From the NCBI GenBank assembly GCA_020632555.1, contig JACKFI010000006.1, positions 11,467 to 75,466 on the forward strand: a stretch of 64,000 bases of DNA, written 5' to 3'. Both the position numbers and the translations under genes were made by a program. Shown piece after piece: positions 39,776 through 46,397 of this stretch (position 1 is the stretch's first letter; each line of letters opens with the position of its first letter). The stretch comes from Candidatus Omnitrophota bacterium (GTDB taxonomy: Bacteria > Omnitrophota > Gorgyraeia > Zapsychrales > JANLHA01). Under the pieces are notes generated by a model. The model worked only from the letters and a program-made list of their open reading frames with translations. It was not told where the DNA came from and did not search any database.

Positions 39776-40141
39776 CTATATGCGGAGAATGGGATTTTGA
39801 GGAAATAACGAAGATTGTTGCTGAGACGTATCGTAATACTTAAACATAACTGACTGAAAAATACGAGGCGAAAAAAACACGTTTGAATTCGAAAGAATTG
39901 GCGCCACTGAGGAAAGTTCAATATTATTTGTCTGCGCAGCGTCCGCGCTAGTGACAGCTTTGAGCTTGGCATGTGGACAATCTGAAGGATGATGTGATTT
40001 TTCTTTTTGTGGACAAGACGAGCATTTGGAACTTTTGTGTACAGCGGCATCAGCCTTTAAGCAACAACACGAAATCAGAAGAAAAGCGACCGGAATTAGC
40101 AGCAGTAAACTAAAGAGTTTTTGATAACCACGAAGAAACAT
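39776..40141 (-). CDS. small Cys/His-rich putative lipoprotein, first gene of the RND operon
   Basis: The start at 40141 (MFLRGYQ...) is preceded by GGAAGG. The signal/lipobox-like LLISCCC is followed by HKSSKCSSCPQKEKSHHPSDCPH. Function unknown. Confidence 0.45.
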   Translation of the reverse strand: MFLRGYQKLFSLLLLIPVAFLLISCCCLKADAAVHKSSKCSSCPQKEKSHHPSDCPHAKLKAVTSADAAQTNNIELSSVAPILSNSNVFFSPRIFQSVMFKYYDTSQQQSSLFPQNPILRI

Positions 40142-40180
40142 TGCAAACCTTCCTGCTAGATTAAACGCAACCACTTTCAA

Positions 40181-40209
40181 AGTCTAGCCGAAAATTTACT
40201 ATAATGCAA
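40181..40209 (-). promoter_or_regulatory. candidate sigma70-type promoter of the Cys/His-rich gene and RND operon (TTGCAT-17 nt-TAGACT)
   Basis: On the minus strand, TTGCAT (40209-40204) is followed by a 17-nt spacer and TAGACT (40186-40181), about 40 nt upstream of the ATG at 40141. Pattern only. Confidence 0.4.
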
Positions 40210-40250
40210 TGGCTTTTTAAAAACAATAACCTTTCCCGTTTTGCCCCAAA

Positions 40251-41969
40251 TTATTTTTTGGTCGCAAAATTCAAGCCCCACGTGTAAGGATAAGGATAAT
40301 CAGCGGAGGACAAATCCTGCTTTGTAAACGAAGAATAGAAAAGATAGTAAAATCCGTTTCTAAAAACCACATCCGGGCCATTGGCCAAACCCTCATCTTC
40401 CGAGCTGGCTTTTCTATCCCACTGAAAATCATATTGGCTTTTGCTGGTATACGTCCATTGAATCCCGTCAGACGAGACAGCATGATAATACCCGCCCACG
40501 GCTAATCCAGGCAAACCATAAGTGCTGTACGCAGGATCATCAATCACAACCCACATTTCATAAATTTTCGAAACATCATTATAGATAACTGTTGGCTGCT
40601 GAGCCACAACACCCACTGTTTGATCATTGAGTAAAGACATCAACGATCCGTTCTGATCCCAATGAATCCCATCGGTGGAGGAAGCATAACAAATCCCTCC
40701 GTCTACATATTTTCCGGAGCTATTGGTTCCGGCACAATAAAACCACATTTTAAACAATCCATCTCTGTACATCACGTCGGGGTCCGTAACCAAACCATCA
40801 ACCACCGCAGGATTTTCGGCAAAAGCCATTTTTGCGTCAAAGACTAACCCAGATGCACCTTTGGGAGACTGAATAGAGGAAATCCGTGTAAATGTATCTG
40901 GATTATCCGATACCGCTAACCCCATGGAATAATGATCGCGATCATCACCAAAGTCTGTGTTGGTTCCAGAATAAAACATAAAATACTTGAAAATGTTTGG
41001 CGATGTTTCAACCGAAACAACCGAACAGGTTTCAACCATATGGCTATCCCATGTCCCGGAAGCACCACGATCTAAAGGGATATCGTCTTTAACTGTCCAT
41101 GTGATTGCATCGCTACTCTCGGCGTGTTTAATCACTTGAACATCCTGACTCATAATCATACTGGAAAAATAAGCATGCCATTTTTGAGTTTTTTGGTCGA
41201 ACATAACGCACGGATCTGCCGCATTAAAGCCTTTTTCTTGAGCTGGTCCAATTTTGAATTTAGCCGGATTGACAATCAAATTGTTCGGAAACCGTGACCA
41301 AGTTGTAGTCTCAGGCGGAACATACCCGCTAGGCGCAGGATCTGGGTCTGGAACTGGCACTGGATCCGGATCTGGAACAGGAACTGGATCTGGGACAGGG
41401 TCTGGAACCGGAACTGGATCGGGGACTGGATTCGGAACTGGCTCGGGATCAGGAATCAATGATTTATTGACTAACGTAAATTGCACAGTTTGAACAATTG
41501 TCCACCCTGCTCTAGTCTTCTTAAGAATGTCGGCCTTAATAATTTTTGTTAAGCCATCAGAAAACATTTCATTCAAAAAATAAAACTGTAGCGGTTGATT
41601 ATTGTTTTGTTTAGCCGCATGAACAGGAGTGCCATCAATAGAAACAAAATAGCCTGTGTCAGCAAAAACAGACTTAAGGGTAAAATCAAGCACGCCAATT
41701 GCGCCGGGTTGAAGATCAATTTCATAATGACCATTATGAGACAATGCTAAGGGCGGAGAAACAACATTATTAGCAACTATGTAAAGATCCATCTTCTTTA
41801 AAAGATTCTGGGATGTTTTCGGAAGCTGATTATAAGTTTTGCCGTCAATTGCTGGGATGTAGGAGAAAGTGGCCGAATCGGCAGCTTGGCAACCCACAAT
41901 TAGCAGCAGCGAAAGAAAGAAAAAACAAAAAGCAAACAGAACTTTTCTTCCCAAAAAACAACCTCCCAT
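40251..41969 (-). CDS. lipoprotein with (PDPV)n linker and C-terminal glycoside-hydrolase-like five-bladed beta-propeller (GH43/GH32/GH130-like)
   Basis: I prefer the start at MGGCFLGRK (41969), which gives lipobox LIVGC. The C-terminal half shows repeated propeller-like blocks (DPCVMFD, WHAYFS, MFYSG, GLAVS, DPDVMY, ASSTDGIHW). Family assignment is tentative. Confidence 0.5.
   Translation of the reverse strand: MGGCFLGRKVLFAFCFFFLSLLLIVGCQAADSATFSYIPAIDGKTYNQLPKTSQNLLKKMDLYIVANNVVSPPLALSHNGHYEIDLQPGAIGVLDFTLKSVFADTGYFVSIDGTPVHAAKQNNNQPLQFYFLNEMFSDGLTKIIKADILKKTRAGWTIVQTVQFTLVNKSLIPDPEPVPNPVPDPVPVPDPVPDPVPVPDPDPVPVPDPDPAPSGYVPPETTTWSRFPNNLIVNPAKFKIGPAQEKGFNAADPCVMFDQKTQKWHAYFSSMIMSQDVQVIKHAESSDAITWTVKDDIPLDRGASGTWDSHMVETCSVVSVETSPNIFKYFMFYSGTNTDFGDDRDHYSMGLAVSDNPDTFTRISSIQSPKGASGLVFDAKMAFAENPAVVDGLVTDPDVMYRDGLFKMWFYCAGTNSSGKYVDGGICYASSTDGIHWDQNGSLMSLLNDQTVGVVAQQPTVIYNDVSKIYEMWVVIDDPAYSTYGLPGLAVGGYYHAVSSDGIQWTYTSKSQYDFQWDRKASSEDEGLANGPDVVFRNGFYYLFYSSFTKQDLSSADYPYPYTWGLNFATKK
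41335..41452 (-). repeat. coding low-complexity repeat encoding the (P-D-P-V/P-V-P-D) linker
   Basis: Plus-strand run of ggatctgg/ggaactgg hexamer-like units. It translates on the minus strand to PDPEPVPNPVPDPVPVPDPVPDPVPVPDPDPVPVPDPDPAP. Confidence 0.8.
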
Positions 41970-42104
41970 CTGATCCGCCTTTCTAAAGCAGCCCCAAAAG
42001 CTCATAATCTTTATCACAACTTCGCATCTGCTCAATCTAATATTTATTATCCTTGCACAAGTATAAAACCCATCCTATATAAAAGCAAACGGACACAAAA
42101 AACG

Positions 42105-42140
42105 AAAAACACAAAAAAACTCCCGCTAAACAGCAAGAGT
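42105..42140 (-). terminator. probable rho-independent terminator after transaldolase
   Basis: On the minus strand: CTCTTGC-TGTTTA-GCGGGAG (7-bp stem with two G-U pairs) followed by TTTTTTTGTGTTTTT. Confidence 0.5.
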
Positions 42141-42168
42141 CTTTTTTATCCTACGAAAATTGAAAATC

Positions 42169-43296
42169 TTATTTCATCGTCAAAGCGGAAGCTTTGGTTT
42201 CAATCGATTGAATCAATTCGGCGAAGGCTTTTTCGAAAGCGACGACACCGTCGGCAAGAAGCTTGTCACAAATCGCATCCACATCAATGCCTTGGGTATT
42301 CAAATCCATCAAAACCAAACCGGCTGCGCCGGCTTCACCGCCGGTTAAAGCAACCTTGGTCGCCCCGTGGTCCATGAAAGCTTTTAATGTTTTTTCGGGA
42401 ACGGTATTGACGGTATTGGCGGCAATCAAATCATCGATATATTTGACATCACTGTAAGCGGGATTTTTGGTCGAGGTTGAAGCCCAAAGCACGCGCTGAA
42501 AACCAGCGCCTTTGGCCGCAAGATTTTGAAAACGGCTGCCTTTCATAAAATCGATGGCTGTTGAATAAACCATTTGGCAATTGGCCACTGCGGCTTTGCC
42601 TTTTAGAAAAGCAAGTTTTTCTTTTTGAGAAACGGCAGGAATCTTTTTATCTAAGATAGCATCGACGGTATTGTCCAATCGGCTGACAAAAACACTGGCC
42701 ACGGAAGCCACTTTGCTCAAATCTGCTTGGCCTTGGCTTAAACGTTCCAAGCCTTTTAAAAAAGCATTAACTGTGCTTTCATATTGCTTCAAGGAAAATA
42801 TAAGCGTCACATTGACATTAATGCCCTGCGCTAATAATTCCTCAATCACCGGAAAACCTGCCGGCGTTGCCGGAACTTTGATCATAATATTGGCACGACC
42901 GGCCTTGGCATACAGCCGCTGACCTTCCTTAATAGAGGCCTGTGTGTCATTGGCCAATTGCGGATTAATTTCCAGGCTCACATAACCATCCAAGCCCTTG
43001 GTCGAATCATACACTGGTTTGAGAATATCGCACGCCTCTTGAATATCAGCAATGGTCAATTCATCATAAATTTCAAATGTTGTTTTTCCCTCTGCTTTAA
43101 GTTGAGAAATTTTGTCATCATAATCTTTGCTTTGGCTGATCGCCTGATTAAAAATACTCGGGTTTGAGGTCATGCCGCGCAAACCATCGTCCACCCATTT
43201 TTGCAATGCCCCGGTTTCTAAAAGCGGTCGACTAATGTAATCCAGCCAAAGGCTTTGGCCAAGGTCTGACAATTGATGCAACTTTGTTTGGGACAT
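42169..43296 (-). CDS. tal: transaldolase (long form)
   Basis: N-terminus LSDLGQSLWLDYISR, TSNPSIF, and the Schiff-base lysine context IMIKVPAT. Confidence 0.9.
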   Translation of the reverse strand: MSQTKLHQLSDLGQSLWLDYISRPLLETGALQKWVDDGLRGMTSNPSIFNQAISQSKDYDDKISQLKAEGKTTFEIYDELTIADIQEACDILKPVYDSTKGLDGYVSLEINPQLANDTQASIKEGQRLYAKAGRANIMIKVPATPAGFPVIEELLAQGINVNVTLIFSLKQYESTVNAFLKGLERLSQGQADLSKVASVASVFVSRLDNTVDAILDKKIPAVSQKEKLAFLKGKAAVANCQMVYSTAIDFMKGSRFQNLAAKGAGFQRVLWASTSTKNPAYSDVKYIDDLIAANTVNTVPEKTLKAFMDHGATKVALTGGEAGAAGLVLMDLNTQGIDVDAICDKLLADGVVAFEKAFAELIQSIETKASALTMK

Positions 43297-44237
43297 TATT
43301 TTTTCCTCTTGATCACTTTGCGAACCGCTTGCGCGATATCGACATCTTTTAAATGATAGGCTTTGAGTAATTCTTCTGGAGTTCCACTTTCGCCAAAACT
43401 ATCAGCGACGGCAACCATTTCAACCGGCACTGGCTGATGTTGAGCCAAAACTTCGACCACCGCACTGCCTAATCCACCATACATTTGATGCTCTTCGGCT
43501 GTTACAACAGCGCCGGTTTCTTTGGCCGCGGCAATAATCGCGTCCTTATCAATCGGTTTGATCGTGTGCATATTGATCACGCGGGCATCAATGCCTTGAC
43601 CTTTAAGAATTTCGGCAGCTGCTAAGCTTTCTGAAACCATAATTCCGCAAGCGATAATCGCAACATCTTTTCCGTCGCGCATCACGTTGGCTTTACCAAT
43701 CACAAACGGATCACTTTGCTGGGTGATAACAGGTAAAGGCGCGCGTGAGGTGCGCATATAAATTGGACCGTTTTCGGCAACAATGGTACGTGTCGCTTTG
43801 CAAACTTCAATATTATCAACCGGACAAATCACGCGAATATTGGGAAGCACGCGCATAATCGCGAAATCTTCTAAACATTGGGCAGACGCGCCATCCTGAC
43901 CGACGGTCAAACCGGCATGCGAGCAAACCACTTTGACATTGCAATTGTTGTAGCAGACGTCCATGCGGATTTGGTCATAAGCGCGATTGGTAAGAAAAAC
44001 CGCGAAGCTCGTCGCGAATGTCACGAACCCTAAGGTGCTGGCACCGGCGGCAGTGCCGACCACATCTTGTTCGGTAATACCCAGATTAAAGAATCTGGCC
44101 GGATAAGCTTTTTTGAAATATTCGGCGCGGGTGGCATCTTCCAAGTCGCCGGAAAATACCAAAATCTTGTCATTGGTTTTTCCCAACTCAACAAGTTCAT
44201 TTCCAAAACCATCTCGTGTTGCGATCATTTCAGTCAT
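43296..44237 (-). CDS. transketolase, C-terminal (pyrimidine-binding) subunit
   Basis: About 313 aa, starting ATRDGFGNELVELG... with FNLGITEQDVVGTAAG. It follows the N-terminal subunit gene. Confidence 0.9.
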   Translation of the reverse strand: MTEMIATRDGFGNELVELGKTNDKILVFSGDLEDATRAEYFKKAYPARFFNLGITEQDVVGTAAGASTLGFVTFATSFAVFLTNRAYDQIRMDVCYNNCNVKVVCSHAGLTVGQDGASAQCLEDFAIMRVLPNIRVICPVDNIEVCKATRTIVAENGPIYMRTSRAPLPVITQQSDPFVIGKANVMRDGKDVAIIACGIMVSESLAAAEILKGQGIDARVINMHTIKPIDKDAIIAAAKETGAVVTAEEHQMYGGLGSAVVEVLAQHQPVPVEMVAVADSFGESGTPEELLKAYHLKDVDIAQAVRKVIKRKK

Positions 44238-44244
44238 AAGATCA

Positions 44245-45069
44245 TTAAACCCTTTCTAAAATTTCGAGCGCATCTTTAAGTTGTTGAGTGTTGGGCGCTT
44301 TGCCGTGCCAACCAGCTTGCAATTCCATAAATTTAACGCCTTTGCCTTTGAGTGTATTGGCAATAATCACCGTCGGTTTGTCTTTGGTCGCTTGGGCTTG
44401 GTCCAAGGCCGCAATCAAAACCGAAAGGTCGTGTCCGTCGACACTAAGAACATGCCAGCCAAAGCTCTGCCATTTTGTCGTCAATGGTTCTAGATTCTTA
44501 ATATCGCTGATCAAACCATTTTCTTGCACTTGATTGTAATCGACAATCGCGCAAACATTATCCAATTTGTGATGTGCTGCGGTCATGGCGGCTTCCCAAA
44601 CGGAACCTTCTTGCAACTCACCGTCGCCCATCAGACAAAAGGTGCGAAAACTTTTTTTCAATAACTTAGCCCCAATCGCGATGCCATTGGCAACGCTCAG
44701 TCCATGCCCCAAGGAACCGGTATTAAATTCAACGCCGGGGGTTTTAACATGCACGTGGCCTTGCAAAAAACTGCCCATTTTACGAAAGCGTTTCAATTCT
44801 TCTTTAGGAAAATATCCGGCATTGGCCAGCGTGACATAAACAACCGGACTGACGTGACCTTTGGAAACAATCATCCGGTCACGGTCTTCCCACTTGGGAT
44901 CCGTCGGGCGATGCTGCATTTTATAAAAATACAACGCAACCATAATTTCAACGGCCGACAGCGAACCACCGGGATGGCCGGAACCAGCGAGATTTAAGGT
45001 TTCTAAAATTTCTTTGCGGAACTCAAATGCTTTTTGTTTCAATGCTTGGATATCGGGGGCTTGTGGCAT
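44245..45069 (-). CDS. transketolase, N-terminal (TPP-binding) subunit
   Basis: SGHPGGSLS and GDGELQEGSVWEA TPP-binding motifs. I prefer the start at MPQAPDIQ (45069) over the track start at 45105. Confidence 0.9.
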   Translation of the reverse strand: MPQAPDIQALKQKAFEFRKEILETLNLAGSGHPGGSLSAVEIMVALYFYKMQHRPTDPKWEDRDRMIVSKGHVSPVVYVTLANAGYFPKEELKRFRKMGSFLQGHVHVKTPGVEFNTGSLGHGLSVANGIAIGAKLLKKSFRTFCLMGDGELQEGSVWEAAMTAAHHKLDNVCAIVDYNQVQENGLISDIKNLEPLTTKWQSFGWHVLSVDGHDLSVLIAALDQAQATKDKPTVIIANTLKGKGVKFMELQAGWHGKAPNTQQLKDALEILERV

Positions 45070-45221
45070 AAAATCTTTACTCCGTGCAGGGTTAAAACAA
45101 GACATAGGTTAATTTAAGTGCGTGCTAACATTCATTTTTCTCCCCACTTTATAAGAGAGCGTTTAGAGGCAGCGCAAAGGGAATCTTGCACCACCTTCCC
45201 TCGAGGGAGGGGAAAACGTAA

Positions 45222-45295
45222 TGGGCCATGCAGGACTTGAACCTGCCACCCTCTGATTAAGAGTCAGATGCTCTACCGAGATGAGCTAATGGCCC
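45222..45295 (-). tRNA. tRNA-Lys (anticodon CTT)
   Basis: A 74-nt minus-strand cloverleaf folded by hand. Acceptor is GGGCCAT/ATGGCCC, D arm GCTC/GAGC, anticodon arm TCTGA-CTCTTAA-TCAGA, T arm GCAGG-TTCAAGT-CCTGC, discriminator A. CCA is not encoded. Confidence 0.9.
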
Positions 45296-45620
45296 AAAGT
45301 TACATCATTTAACCAAATATTCCTCAGGAAAACTTTGGGTCAATACCGATTTACAAAAAATCTTTTCTCCAGAGTAAAGCGGTATGGCCCTTCAAAAACA
45401 TTATCAAATAAACTTACAAATCAACCTTCAGCGAAATTTTGGGCCAATCCCGTTTTCGGGATGGCCCGACTAAAATTCACCAAATCAACATTTTCAAGAT
45501 AATTTCAAATCAACAAGACCCACAATATAACAGAATTATTTTTTGCTGTAAAGCGCGAAGTCGATAAGAAACATTGAAAACCTTGCACTCCTTTTGGTTC
45601 GAATGTAGAATCACTGGTCT

Positions 45621-46397
45621 ATGAAGTTATCGTTCCTAAAATATTCAGTCCTCTTTTGGGCCCTATTATTCTGCACCACGCTTATTTATGCTCAACCGGC
45701 GTCCATCATCGATCAAATGATGCGCATCAAACCGTCTCTGGTTGAAATCACCGCTGTCAACGTGGCAGCAAAACTCGATACTCCAAAGCAACGGTCCCTT
45801 GCCAAAGATCCCAAAACTGGAAGAATTGTTGTTCTCAATAAGGGTACCACCCTTGCCACTTATCAACGCAGTGGTAGCGGTGTCATTTTAGATGAGTCGG
45901 GAATCATTATCACCAACGCCCACATCGTCGCGCAAGCGCAACAAATTCAAGTGCTCTTAGAAAACGGCGCTCAAATCAATGCCGCTGTCGTGCGCTACGC
46001 CCCAGATTTGGATTTAGCCCTTTTAAAAATCAACGCCCCGGTGGCGCTACCGACTGTAGCCTTAGCCGACTCCAGCCAAATTTTACTAAATCAAGAAATC
46101 TTTACCGTCGGCAGTTCTCCACTACTAAAAGAATCCATCAGCGGCGGAAAAATAACCGGCCTAGCTTCCAGCCGCAACGGCGCTTACAGCAATGCCTACG
46201 AAAGTGATTTCTTTCGCACCTCCATGACTATTTATAAAGGCGATAGCGGCGGACCATTATTTAATCGCGCCGGAGAATTGATTGGCCTGATGACTGCCAA
46301 GCTCAACAGCCAAGACAAAGCCAGCTTCGCCGTTTCTTCCAACAAAATTCGCCGTTATTTAATGAGTTACCTTAAAGAAGCGCACACCGCCCAATGA
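45621..46397 (+). CDS. exported trypsin-like (S1/HtrA-like, no PDZ) serine protease
   Basis: Signal peptide. Catalytic contexts are TNAHIV (His), DLALLK (Asp) and GDSGGPLF (Ser). Confidence 0.8.
   Translation: MKLSFLKYSVLFWALLFCTTLIYAQPASIIDQMMRIKPSLVEITAVNVAAKLDTPKQRSLAKDPKTGRIVVLNKGTTLATYQRSGSGVILDESGIIITNAHIVAQAQQIQVLLENGAQINAAVVRYAPDLDLALLKINAPVALPTVALADSSQILLNQEIFTVGSSPLLKESISGGKITGLASSRNGAYSNAYESDFFRTSMTIYKGDSGGPLFNRAGELIGLMTAKLNSQDKASFAVSSNKIRRYLMSYLKEAHTAQ

Noticed and set aside
39751-40050. 99-aa ORF overlapping the Cys/His-rich gene in another frame
   Set aside because: The 39776..40141 frame has an SD-like GGAAGG, a signal/lipobox-like N-terminus and a metal-ligand-rich composition that fits the operon. 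The alternative frame has none of these. The choice is not certain.
45194-45212. Hairpin CCTTCCCTCGAGGGAGGG downstream of tRNA-Lys, considered as a terminator
   Set aside because: No U-run follows it on either strand, and on the tRNA strand the stem contains a C-A mismatch. Evidence is insufficient to call a terminator.
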